From contig CBDATQ010000002.1 of assembly GCA_965199955.1 (NCBI GenBank), forward strand, positions 288,001 through 352,000: DNA of 64,000 bases, in the 5' to 3' direction. Made by a program: the position numbers and the translations under genes. Shown here piece after piece: positions 1 through 11,128 of the stretch (position 1 is its first letter; every line of letters begins with the position of its first letter). The stretch is from Spirochaetia bacterium (GTDB lineage Bacteria > Spirochaetota > Spirochaetia > SZUA-6 > Bin103). The notes beneath the pieces are model-generated. The model was not told the DNA's origin, did not search any database, and saw only the letters and a program-made list of their open reading frames with translations.

Positions 1-1
1 G

Positions 2-268
2 TGGTGGCTGCTCGGGGCGCTGACGCTGTTCCCGGCACTGTTGCGGCACCCGGTCGACTGGTCGCTGGCGGCGGCGTCGGCCAATTACGCCTCGCTGATC
101 GGGCACCTGTTCTACGGCGTGGGCCTGGGGCTGCTGCTGCAACACCTGGTCTCCCGCTACGAGTCGGCGCGGCAACCGGACCGACAACGCGATCCCGGTG
201 CGCCGGAAGCGCTGTGGGCCAGCACCGTGCTAGTGACGGTTATCCTGCCGCTCGTACTGACCGGCTAG
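2..268 (+). CDS. Membrane protein, C-terminal part (5' truncated by window edge)
   Basis: Frame open from base 2: WWLLGALTLFPALL...SLIGHLFYGVGLG... with several hydrophobic helices; stop TAG at 266-268. Confidence 0.65.
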   Translation, partial: WWLLGALTLFPALLRHPVDWSLAAASANYASLIGHLFYGVGLGLLLQHLVSRYESARQPDRQRDPGAPEALWASTVLVTVILPLVLTG

Positions 269-321
269 GCGGGCCCGGCTGAAACGCGAAGTGCGGGTGA
301 GCGGGGGCGAGCGGTAAAGGA

Positions 322-352
322 GACGGCAACCGGACCCGGTCCGGTTGCCGTC
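322..352 (-). terminator. Intrinsic terminator hairpin downstream of katG (possibly bidirectional)
   Basis: Perfect 14-bp inverted repeat GACGGCAACCGGAC-ccg-GTCCGGTTGCCGTC just after the katG stop, followed by TCCTTT on the minus strand. Confidence 0.75.
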
Positions 353-354
353 GC

Positions 355-2529
<2,175 letters not shown>

Positions 2530-2648
2530 CTACGGCGCGCGCGGCACATCGTACCCTCAATCGTCAACTCCCGGAAGCCCTGCAGACATGGTTTCGGACG
2601 CTGGACGCTCCGGCGCTCGGGGCGTCATGCTGATCCTGGAGGTGAACT

Positions 2649-3481
2649 ATGGAGCAGTCATTCCGATTTGTTGAAGGCTGGGGCGGCGGCCTTGAGGGGC
2701 GCACGCTGGGGATCGCGTCGGGCGTGGCCGTCGACAGCCGCGACCGGGTCTACGTGATCGACCGCGAGCCGGATCCGGCCATCGTCGTGTACGATCGCGA
2801 GGGCGAGCTGATCACCACGTGGGGAGAGGATATTTTCAGCGTGCCGCACGAGCTGTGGATCGATGAGCACGACCGGGTGCTGGTCGCCGACTGCGGCGAC
2901 CACACGGTGCGCATCTGCACCGCCGACGGGCAGGTGCTGCAGACCCTGGGCACTCCCGGCGTTCCGGGCGCGGCCGGCATGCCGTCAACCGGCCCACGCG
3001 CGCGGTGGTGGCGCCGGACGGCGAGATCTGGGTGGCCGACGGCTACGGGCAGGAGTGCCTGCACCGCTTCTCCGCCGCCGGCGAGCTGCTGGCGACGTTC
3101 GGCGGCCGCGGCGCGGGGCCGGGCCGGTTCACGCTGCCGCACTCGGTGGTCTGCGACTACCGCGGCCACGTCATGATCGCCGATCGCGAGCCGAACAACC
3201 GGATCTGCATCCTGGACCGATCCGGGCGCCAGGTCGCCGAATGGGGCAACAAGCGCAGTCCGTGCGGCCTGTTCGTGGGCGGCGACGGCACCGTCTACCT
3301 GGCCGACGGCACCCTGGTGATCCTGGATCCGGACGGAAACGAGCTCGCGGACATTCCGATGCCGGTGCAGCCCACCGACCGCTCGCATGGGGCACACAGC
3401 GTGTGGGTCGACCGGCACGGCGACATCTACGTGTCGGAGGTGGGCGTGGAGAACCTCGTGCACAAGCTCACCCCCGCGTAG
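2649..3481 (+). pseudogene. NHL-repeat beta-propeller protein (PAL-like), frameshifted near 2985
   Basis: GGAGGT RBS. NHL blades (GVAVDSRDRVYV, PHELWIDEHDRVLVAD) in ORF 2649 continue in another frame (VAPDGEIWVADGYG, FTLPHSV, AHSVWVDRHGDIYVSEV). Adding one T at 2985 restores PFNRPT. Real lesion or sequencing error cannot be distinguished. Confidence 0.8.
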
Positions 3482-3494
3482 CGTCCCGCGGCCG

Positions 3495-4475
3495 CTACCA
3501 CTCGAGCAGGTTGCCGCCGAACGTGAGGCCCGCGCCGAAGCCGACGGTGATGAGCAGGTCGCCGGGCGACACCTTGTCGTGCTCGTACAGCTCGTTGAGC
3601 GCGATCGGAATCGTGGCCGCCGACGTGTTCGCGTACTCCTCGATGTTGAGGTAGAACTTCCCGTACGGAATCCGCGACCGCTTGGCGGCGGCTTCGATGA
3701 TGCGCTGGTTGGCCTGGTGCGGGACGATGTAGGCGATGTCGTCGATGGTGAGCTCGTTGCGCGCCAGGATCTCCCGGATCACCTCGATGATGGCCGGCAC
3801 CGCGAAGTTGTAGACGGGCTGCCCCTCCATCTTGATCAAGAGATCGCGCTCCGCGTCGCGGCCCGGCTTGAACGGCGTCCGCGTGCCGCCGACCTCGCGC
3901 GCCAGGTAGGCGGCGCCCGATCCGTCCGCCTTGAGCACCGAGTCGAGGATCCCGCAGCCGTTGTCCGACGGGCTGATCACCGCGGCGCCCGCCCCGTCCC
4001 CGAACAGCACGCAGGTGCTGCGGTCCGTCCAGTCGACGATGCGGGTCAACACCTCGCTGCCGATCAGCAGCACGCGCTCGGCGGCGCCGGAGGCGATGAA
4101 CCCCTTGGCTGTCTCCAGTCCGTAGACGAACCCCGTGCAGCCGACGCCGATGTCCATCGCCGCGGCGTTCCTGGCGCCGATCATGTCCTGCACGATGCAT
4201 GCCGTGGACGGGAAGCCGACGTAGTCGGAGGAGGCGGTGGCCACCAGCACCATGTCGATGGACTCCGGGTCCGTGCCGGAACGCGCAAGCGCGACCTTCG
4301 CCGCCTCTGCGCCGAGATCGGAGGCAGCTTCGTCATCGCCGGCAATGTGGCGGTAGCCGATGCCGGTGTGGGATCGGATCCATTCGTCGGAGGTGTCCAG
4401 GAACTCGGCGAGCTCGTCGTTGGACATGCGTCGGGACGGCGTGTAGGCGCCGATCCCCTCAATTCTTGCGCCCAT
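3495..4475 (-). CDS. fabH: 3-oxoacyl-ACP synthase III
   Basis: DTSDEWIRSHTGI, GCTGF (Cys), PHQAN (His), ANTSAA (Asn), GFGAGLT. Confidence 0.95.
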   Translation of the reverse strand: MGARIEGIGAYTPSRRMSNDELAEFLDTSDEWIRSHTGIGYRHIAGDDEAASDLGAEAAKVALARSGTDPESIDMVLVATASSDYVGFPSTACIVQDMIGARNAAAMDIGVGCTGFVYGLETAKGFIASGAAERVLLIGSEVLTRIVDWTDRSTCVLFGDGAGAAVISPSDNGCGILDSVLKADGSGAAYLAREVGGTRTPFKPGRDAERDLLIKMEGQPVYNFAVPAIIEVIREILARNELTIDDIAYIVPHQANQRIIEAAAKRSRIPYGKFYLNIEEYANTSAATIPIALNELYEHDKVSPGDLLITVGFGAGLTFGGNLLEW

Positions 4476-4535
4476 CGGGTCTCCTTGGAGCGGGGTAGGA
4501 GGCTTCCGCCTTCGAAGACGACTGTCGGTTGCCGA

Positions 4536-4614
4536 ATGTTAGAGTCCCCGTCTTCTCTGGGTCAAGCGGCCGGCGTTCCGCTCGTTGACCCGCCGGGGCG
4601 GGCGGGGCTACCCT
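4536..4614. promoter_or_regulatory. Back-to-back sigma70-type promoters for fabH and fabD
   Basis: Minus strand TTGACC(4565-4560)-18-TAACAT(4541-4536); plus strand TTGACC(4585-4590)-18-TACCCT(4609-4614). Confidence 0.55.
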
Positions 4615-4626
4615 GCACGCGAACCG

Positions 4627-5583
4627 ATGCGGACGTGTTTCCTGTTCCCGGCGCAGGGCGCCCAGTACCCGGGGATGGTCCGTGATCTGTGGGATCACAG
4701 CCCGGCGGTCAAGGAGTTGTTCCAGATCGCTTCCGACGCCACGGGTACCGACCTGCGGCGCCTGCTGTTCGACGGTACCGCGGAGGAACTGCGCGCCACG
4801 GACCGCACCCAGATCGCGGTCACGCTTGCCAACCTGTCCGCCGCCATCGTGCTCGGCGAGCATGGCGTGACCGGCGACGGCTTCGCCGGCTTCAGCCTGG
4901 GCGAGTACTCGGCGCTGCACCTGGCCGGGGTGATCGGAGCGGCCGACATCTTTCCGATCGCCAGGGAGCGCGGGATCGCGATGGAGGCTGCCAGCCGCGC
5001 CTCCGACACCGCCGACGGCCGCTCGGGAATGGCCGCCGTGATCGGGCTGGCCCCGGGGCGTGTGGAAGCGGCGATCGCCGATCTGCCGCCCGGGACGATC
5101 TTCGTCGCCAACTACTCCAGCCCGCGGCAGGTGGTCCTGTCCGGCACGGCCGGGGGCCTGCGCGACGCCGAAGCGGCGTGCAAGGAGGCGGGCGCCAGGC
5201 GCTTCATCACGCTGAAGGTCTCCGGGCCTTTCCACTCGCCGCTGATCCGGGACGCGGCCGATCGGCTGGCCGAGGTGCTGGCCGACGTCCCGTTCGCCGA
5301 TCCGGTACGGCCGGTGTACGCCAACGTCACCGGAGCGCAGGTCACTTCCGGAAGCCAGGCGCGCGAGCTCTGCGTGCAGCAGGTTGTGTCCACCGTGCGC
5401 TGGACGGACGAAGTGGCGTCGCTGCAGGCGGCCGGCTACGCCCGCTACCTGGAGGTAGGGCCGGGACAGGTGCTCACCGGGCTGTTCCGGGGTTTCCCGG
5501 GAAAGGTCCGATGCGAGGCGGCGGGGACCCTGGAGGCGATCGAGGCGGCCGCGGCGGCCTCCTCCTTGAGGTCCCTGGCATGA
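4627..5583 (+). CDS. fabD: Malonyl-CoA:ACP transacylase
   Basis: FLFPAQGAQYPGM N-terminus, GFSLGEY nucleophile motif, GPFHS, EVGPG. Confidence 0.95.
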   Translation: MRTCFLFPAQGAQYPGMVRDLWDHSPAVKELFQIASDATGTDLRRLLFDGTAEELRATDRTQIAVTLANLSAAIVLGEHGVTGDGFAGFSLGEYSALHLAGVIGAADIFPIARERGIAMEAASRASDTADGRSGMAAVIGLAPGRVEAAIADLPPGTIFVANYSSPRQVVLSGTAGGLRDAEAACKEAGARRFITLKVSGPFHSPLIRDAADRLAEVLADVPFADPVRPVYANVTGAQVTSGSQARELCVQQVVSTVRWTDEVASLQAAGYARYLEVGPGQVLTGLFRGFPGKVRCEAAGTLEAIEAAAAASSLRSLA

Positions 5584-6302
5584 GCCTGGAAGGCGCGGTC
5601 GCGGTCGTGACCGGCGGCTCGCGTGGCATCGGAGCCGCTGTCTGCAGCGCCCTGCTGCGCGACGGCGCGAAGGTCTACTCGCTCGCGCGGACCGCAGGCG
5701 AAGCGGCGCTGGACGGGCAGGGCGACTACCGGTGGCTGGCGACCGACGTGGGCGACGAGCAGGCCGTCAATGCACGGATCGAGGAGATCCTGGCAGAGAA
5801 GCGGGGCGTGCAGATCCTGGTGAACAACGCCGGTATCACCCGCGACGGACTGGTGTTCCGGATGTCGCGGCAGGACTGGGACGCGGTGCTGGCGCTCAAC
5901 CTCACGGCGACGTTCCTGACCTGCAAGCTCGTCGCTCGTGACATGGTCCGGCGGCGTTCCGGGTCCATCATCAACATCTCGTCGGTGGTCGGCTTGACCG
6001 GCAACCCCGGCCAGACGAATTATTGTGCGTCGAAGGCCGGGATCATAGGCTTCTCGAAGAGCCTCGCGCGCGAGGTAGCGGGCCGCGGCGTGCGGGTGAA
6101 CGTGGTCGCCCCCGGCTACATCGAGACCGGAATGACCGCATCGCTCAGCGACGGGATACGGGAGAACATCACCGGCATGATTCCGCTCGGCCGCACCGGA
6201 ACGCCGGAGGATGTGGCCGAAATGGTGGCGTTCCTGGCCTCGGCCCGCTCCACCTACGTCACCGGACAGGTGCTGCAGGTGGACGGCGGACTGTTGATGT
6301 AG
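5580..6302 (+). CDS. fabG: 3-oxoacyl-ACP reductase
   Basis: TGGSRGIG, NNAGITRD, NYCASKAG; ATGA overlap with fabD. Confidence 0.93.
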   Translation: MSLEGAVAVVTGGSRGIGAAVCSALLRDGAKVYSLARTAGEAALDGQGDYRWLATDVGDEQAVNARIEEILAEKRGVQILVNNAGITRDGLVFRMSRQDWDAVLALNLTATFLTCKLVARDMVRRRSGSIINISSVVGLTGNPGQTNYCASKAGIIGFSKSLAREVAGRGVRVNVVAPGYIETGMTASLSDGIRENITGMIPLGRTGTPEDVAEMVAFLASARSTYVTGQVLQVDGGLLM

Positions 6303-6344
6303 CGGAAGCTGCGCGGTCCTGACGGGCGATTCGGAACGAAGGAG

Positions 6345-7595
6345 ATGGGAATGGACAGACGTGTGGTGGTTACGGGCCTCGGCGCCGTCACTCCCTTGGG
6401 CAACGACGTCGAGACGTTCTGGCGTGCCGTCAGGAACAACGAGAGCGGTATCGATCACATCTCGTCGTTCGATGTCTCGGACTACCCCTCGAAGGTGGGC
6501 GGCGAGGTCAGGGACCTCGACCCGTCGAAGTACCTGGACAGGCGCGAGGCGCGCCGCCTGGACCGCTTCGCGATGTTCGCGATGGTGACGGCGATCGAGG
6601 CGCTCGCCGACGCCGGGCTGGCGACCGATGACCTGGACGCGGAGCGCACGGGCTGCATCCTGGGGGTCGGCTTCGGCGGCATTCACACCCTGCACTCCGA
6701 GTTCAAGCACCTGTTCGACCGAGGCCCCAAGGCCGTGCACCCGTTGCTGGTGCCGAAGATGATCAGCAATATCGCGGCCAGCCACATCGCGATCAGGATC
6801 CACGCGCACGGCCCTTCCTACACGGTCGTGTCGGCCTGCGCGTCCGCCAACGACGCCATCGGCGAGTCGTATCGATGGGTCAAGGACGGGACGGTCGACA
6901 TCATGGTGACCGGCGGCGCCGAGGCGGCCGTCGCGCCGCTGGCCCTGTCCGGGTTCTCGGTGCTGCAGGCGGTCACGTCGTCGTTCAACGACGACCCCAA
7001 GCGGGCCAGCCGGCCGTTCGACAAGGACCGTGACGGCTTCGTCCTGGGCGAGGGTTCCGGAATGCTCATCCTGGAGGAGCTGGAGCACGCCAAGGCTCGC
7101 TCCGCGCCGATCTACTGCGAAGTGATGGGCTACGGCGTTACCTGTGACGCCAACCACCTGACCGCGCCCCACCCGCAAGGCAAGGGCGCCGTGAACGCGA
7201 TGAAGATGGCGATCGCGGGGAGCGGCCTGCAACTCGAGGACTTCGACTACGTCAACGCGCACGGCACCTCGACGCAGCTCAACGACTCGACCGAGACGCG
7301 GGCGATCAAGGAGGTGTTCGGCGATCACGCGGCCAGGATGAAGGTCTCGTCGACCAAGTCCATGATCGGGCACCTGCTCGGCGCGGCCGGCGGCGTGGAG
7401 GCGATCGCCACGATCAAGGGGCTGCAGGAACAGTTCTACCCGGCGACGATCAACTACGAGACGCCGGACCCCGAGTGCGATCTGGACTACGTGCCCAACC
7501 GCGGCCAGCCGGCTCCCATGCGCGCCGCGATCAACAACGCGTTCGGCTTCGGCGGTCACAACGCGGTGGTCGCCCTAAAGCGCTACGACGGCTGA
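6345..7595 (+). CDS. fabF: 3-oxoacyl-ACP synthase II
   Basis: RRVVVTGLG, SACAS, RPFDKDRDGFVLGEG, NAHGTST, KSMIGHLLGAAG, FGFGGHN. Confidence 0.96.
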   Translation: MGMDRRVVVTGLGAVTPLGNDVETFWRAVRNNESGIDHISSFDVSDYPSKVGGEVRDLDPSKYLDRREARRLDRFAMFAMVTAIEALADAGLATDDLDAERTGCILGVGFGGIHTLHSEFKHLFDRGPKAVHPLLVPKMISNIAASHIAIRIHAHGPSYTVVSACASANDAIGESYRWVKDGTVDIMVTGGAEAAVAPLALSGFSVLQAVTSSFNDDPKRASRPFDKDRDGFVLGEGSGMLILEELEHAKARSAPIYCEVMGYGVTCDANHLTAPHPQGKGAVNAMKMAIAGSGLQLEDFDYVNAHGTSTQLNDSTETRAIKEVFGDHAARMKVSSTKSMIGHLLGAAGGVEAIATIKGLQEQFYPATINYETPDPECDLDYVPNRGQPAPMRAAINNAFGFGGHNAVVALKRYDG

Positions 7596-7626
7596 CGGCC
7601 GGGGCGTCCGAGTAGGAACCGTAGCG

Positions 7627-8139
7627 GTGCGGATCGCCGTTGTCTCCGACACCCACGACAACTGGCCGGCGCTGGACGCCCTGTGCCGGGGCTTGGCCGA
7701 CATGGGGTGCACGCACCTGCTGCACTGCGGCGATGTCTGCGCGCCGCTCACGCTGCTGCGGTTGCTGGACGCGTTCGCCGGGCAGGTGGACCTGGTAGCC
7801 GGCAATGTCGACGGCGACCACTACCTGATGACCACGCGGACCGCCGGGAGGGAGAACTTCCGGTTCCACGGCGCGGAGCTTGCGGAGCTGGCAATCGGCG
7901 AGCGTCGCATCGCCATGCAGCACTACCCGCGCCTGGCACGGGCGCTCGCCTCCGGCGGGGAGTACGATGCCGTGTTCTACGGCCACGACCACGTACCCCA
8001 CGTGGAGCGGCTCGGCGCGGGCGGCCGTTCCGTGCTGCTGGCCAACCCGGGCACGCTGAGCGCCATGGGCCGGACGCCCACCTACGGCCTCTACGACCCG
8101 GCAAACAACGATCTGGAGCTGGTCGACCTGACGGTGTAG
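7627..8139 (+). CDS. YfcE/MJ0936-family metallophosphoesterase
   Basis: SDTHDN, HCGD, GNVD, GHDH, NPG calcineurin-like motifs. Confidence 0.88.
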   Translation: MRIAVVSDTHDNWPALDALCRGLADMGCTHLLHCGDVCAPLTLLRLLDAFAGQVDLVAGNVDGDHYLMTTRTAGRENFRFHGAELAELAIGERRIAMQHYPRLARALASGGEYDAVFYGHDHVPHVERLGAGGRSVLLANPGTLSAMGRTPTYGLYDPANNDLELVDLTV

Positions 8140-8145
8140 GGGCTG

Positions 8146-8507
8146 CTACGCGGCGAGCTTGTCGCGCAGCACGCCGATCTCATCCTCGGTCAGCCCGCAG
8201 TGCCGGCGCAGGTACCGCTCCACTCCGCCGTAGCAGGTGCGCCAGCCCGTTGCGGGCGGTGTGTCCGTAGTCAGCGGCGATGACCAACTCCGGCACGTCA
8301 GCAAGCGTCAACAGGAGAGCGGCGATCATGCCGGTACAGTCTTTGCCGCCCCGACAGGTCGTCGGCGCGGTAGAACACCCCGGAGCGGGTGTGGCCGCCA
8401 TCCCGGCGTGGCAGCCTGCCGAGATCGCGCATGTTGTAGAGCCCGCCCGCGGCCACCTCGCGCGGGGCGGTGAGCTCCTCGTAGGTCGGCAGGTGCACAC
8501 CGCTCAT
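8146..8507 (-). pseudogene. Degraded tyrosine-protein phosphatase (IphP/Y_phosphatase3 type)
   Basis: Three remnants in three frames: YNMRDLG...GVFYRADDLS; GKDCTGMIAALLL...IAADY; YGGVERYLRRHCGLTEDEIGVLRDKL*. Large internal deletions between them. Confidence 0.8.
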
Positions 8508-8545
8508 GTCGTGTGCTTCGGCGGGCTGGTGCGGCATCATCGACC

Positions 8546-8631
8546 TGCCGGCGGTCGGAGTCGAACCGACACGGGGGTTACCCCCCACCAGATTTTGAGT
8601 CTGGCATGTCTACCGATTTCATCACGCCGGC
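8546..8631 (-). tRNA. tRNA-Leu(CAA)
   Basis: Acceptor GCCGGCG/CGCCGGC-A, anticodon arm CCAGA-CTCAAAA-TCTGG, long variable arm, GGTTCGACTCC T-arm; CCA not encoded. Confidence 0.95.
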
Positions 8632-8730
8632 CGTCGCGCGACCTCATCCGGTTGCGCGCGGGCGGCTCGTGCCCGGTTCCGTGCGGCCGCCACCGCCATC
8701 CTAACCGATGCGCGGGCGGGACGGTACGGC

Positions 8731-9417
8731 TCACGCGTCACCGATCGTGGTGCCGCGGTACGGTCGGCCTTCCAGGATCGCCCGCAGGTTGCCGGTGTCG
8801 CTGCCGGTGAAAATCACGGTCATGCCCTGCCGGCCGGCGGCGCGGGTGGCGACCGAGTCGAACGGCAGCCTGCTGCCGGGACGCCACTCACCATCGCTCA
8901 TCCGCGTAAGCTCCCCCCAGGTCACGTGGGTGAGCGGACGCGCGCCGGCGTCGAGCTTGGGATCGCCCGAGTAGACCATCGCCACGTTGGACATCTTGAT
9001 GACGGTCGATGCGGCGAAACGCCGTGCCAGCAGCACGGCGTCGTAGTCGGTGGAGAAGCCCGGTTTCCATCCGGCCGCGATCATCACCCGGCCGGGGAAG
9101 TCCGTGACGGCGGTCGGGTCGGTGATCACGGGGGCGCAGCAGTCCGGCGCGAATGCATGTCGCAGCAGTTCGCCATGCAGACGCGTGGCGGCGATGCCGA
9201 TCCAGTCCTGCGCGTCGTCGGACGGGGTCGACACGAGCCGGCGATAGGCGGTCTGGTAGTCGCGCGCCAGATCGCCGCCGCCGGTCACGACGATCGCCTT
9301 GTCGCCGGACGCGTCCAGGGCGCCGATCACGGCGGCGCGAAAGCCGGCGAGGTACGGGGTGGCGCCCGACTCACGCTCGATGAGCGACCCGGAGAGGTCG
9401 ATGACGTGAACGGACAT
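8731..9417 (-). CDS. pyrH: UMP kinase, archaeal-type
   Basis: LSGSL, VVTGGGDLARDYQ, DWIGIAATRLHG, GWKPGFSTDYDA, PFD, GTTIG. Confidence 0.8.
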   Translation of the reverse strand: MSVHVIDLSGSLIERESGATPYLAGFRAAVIGALDASGDKAIVVTGGGDLARDYQTAYRRLVSTPSDDAQDWIGIAATRLHGELLRHAFAPDCCAPVITDPTAVTDFPGRVMIAAGWKPGFSTDYDAVLLARRFAASTVIKMSNVAMVYSGDPKLDAGARPLTHVTWGELTRMSDGEWRPGSRLPFDSVATRAAGRQGMTVIFTGSDTGNLRAILEGRPYRGTTIGDA

Positions 9418-9520
9418 CGTCGCCGCGATGATACCACCGGCATGCGGGCCGGGTCCTCATGGGGTTGCCTCCGGGCATCGGCATGTCGTTATCATTGCGG
9501 AGCGGGGTGGCGACAGAGCG

Positions 9521-10270
9521 ATGGACCGTGACCTGACGGAGTTCCTCGCGGACTGGCAGTACGATGCTGACGACCAGTACCGTGTGATCAAGGCGCGCGA
9601 CGGGCGCCGCGTGCTGCAAGTGCGCAAACCGCTCGGCATCGAGCAGTACGAGCTGGACGGCCGGCCGGACGGCCTAAGCCCGTTCGGGAAGGAATCGGTG
9701 CTGACGGAGATGCTCGATCGCCTCGATGCCTGGGACGGCGCCGGCGAAGGAGGTTTCCTGATCGACCATGACGACTTCCTGCGCCTGCAGAACGAGGGAA
9801 TCCTCTACTACTACCGCTACCTGATCCTGTTTCAGATGGGCGATTTCGAACGTACCATCAGCGACACGGGCCACAACCTGCAGATCTGCGATCTCGTGGA
9901 GCGGTACGTCGAGGCAGCGGACGATCAGAACGAGATTCTGCAGTACCGGCCCTACATGATTCGAATGAACGCCATGGCGGACGCCATGCTGAAACTTGGC
10001 GCCGAGAATCCGGGCGCCGCCCGCGAAACCCTGCAGCAGGCAATCGACGACATCGGTGCGCTGGAGGAAGTCGACACTCCGACCTACCACTACGAGAGGC
10101 TGCGGTCACTTCAGTACCTCCGCACCGCCTTGAAGCAGATCAAGGTGCCTGCACAGACCGTGTTGGATCGGTTGAACAGCGCGTTGGATGAGGCGGTCGA
10201 GCAGGAAGCGTACGAGCGGGCGGCGGAGTTGCGGGACAGGATCCACGCCCTGCAGCAGCGTCGGACGTAG
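9521..10270 (+). CDS. UvrB/UvrC-motif-containing protein
   Basis: LQVRKPLGIEQYELDGRPDG in the N-terminal part; C-terminal LDEAVEQEAYERAAELRDRI UVR coiled coil. Confidence 0.8.
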   Translation: MDRDLTEFLADWQYDADDQYRVIKARDGRRVLQVRKPLGIEQYELDGRPDGLSPFGKESVLTEMLDRLDAWDGAGEGGFLIDHDDFLRLQNEGILYYYRYLILFQMGDFERTISDTGHNLQICDLVERYVEAADDQNEILQYRPYMIRMNAMADAMLKLGAENPGAARETLQQAIDDIGALEEVDTPTYHYERLRSLQYLRTALKQIKVPAQTVLDRLNSALDEAVEQEAYERAAELRDRIHALQQRRT

Positions 10271-10281
10271 CCCGCAGCGGC

Positions 10282-11124
10282 ATGCGCGACGCAGCGCGGC
10301 GCAGGAGTCCCGCCCGGGCGCCGGATCGCCTGCCGCCCGAACGGCGTTGGGCTTGGTGGTCGGGCGCCGCCACCTTCCTGGTCTGGATGGCCGTGGCGGC
10401 GGATCTGGCGGCCGCCCAGGAACTGGTGACCGCCACGGTGTTCTTCGAGGACGTCGCCCGCAGATACGCGGCGATCCAGGACTATCAGGCGAACGTCGTG
10501 CTCGCCCGGCGCCGTGTCGGGCGGGTCGGCGACGACGGCGCGCAAGCCGGCGCGGCGTGGTGCGGCTCGGAGCAACGGGAGGTGGAGCTTTCGCGGATGG
10601 AAGGAGCCCTCTCATTCAAGGACCCGGACCTGCTGCGCATCGACTTCACCCTGCCGGCCGGCCAGGTGCTGGTGTCGGACGGAGCGATGCTGACGATCTA
10701 TATGCCCGCGTTGGACTACGTCATCGAGCAGCGGCTCACCACAGGGACTCCGGCGGCCGCCTCGCTGTCGCCGAGCCTGGCCGCCATGTTGGGCCTGCGC
10801 TTCCTCCGCGCAAACTACGGGATCGCCTACGAGAACGAGAAGGGACCGTATCCCGTGTCGCTGGGCGACGGATCCGGCCAGCAGGTGGTCAGGCTGCTGC
10901 TGGAACGCCGGGTCCCGGAGGAGGCGTTCGAGACCATCGAGGTTGCGGTCGGCGACGACAGGCTGATACGGTGCATCGTCGGCGAGTATCGTTCCGGGGA
11001 TCGGGTCGCCATCGAGTTCCGGGCGGTGCGCACCGACCAGTCGATACCGGACGCACGGTTCCGGTACGAGCCGCCGCCGGACGCGAACGTCTATCGCGAT
11101 CTGCTGCTCGGGGAAGCTGACTGA
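10282..11124 (+). CDS. lolA: Outer-membrane lipoprotein carrier LolA family
   Basis: Signal peptide; MEGALSFKDPDLLRIDFTLPAGQVLVSDG..LTIYMP; C-terminal IPDARFRYEPP. Confidence 0.75.
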   Translation: MRDAARRRSPARAPDRLPPERRWAWWSGAATFLVWMAVAADLAAAQELVTATVFFEDVARRYAAIQDYQANVVLARRRVGRVGDDGAQAGAAWCGSEQREVELSRMEGALSFKDPDLLRIDFTLPAGQVLVSDGAMLTIYMPALDYVIEQRLTTGTPAAASLSPSLAAMLGLRFLRANYGIAYENEKGPYPVSLGDGSGQQVVRLLLERRVPEEAFETIEVAVGDDRLIRCIVGEYRSGDRVAIEFRAVRTDQSIPDARFRYEPPPDANVYRDLLLGEAD

Positions 11125-11128
11125 GCCC

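Noticed and set aside
8146..8631. Possible island integrated at tRNA-Leu (also considered for tRNA-Cys and tRNA-Ile)
   Set aside because: No integrase, no duplicated tRNA 3' end noticed, and flanking genes are housekeeping.
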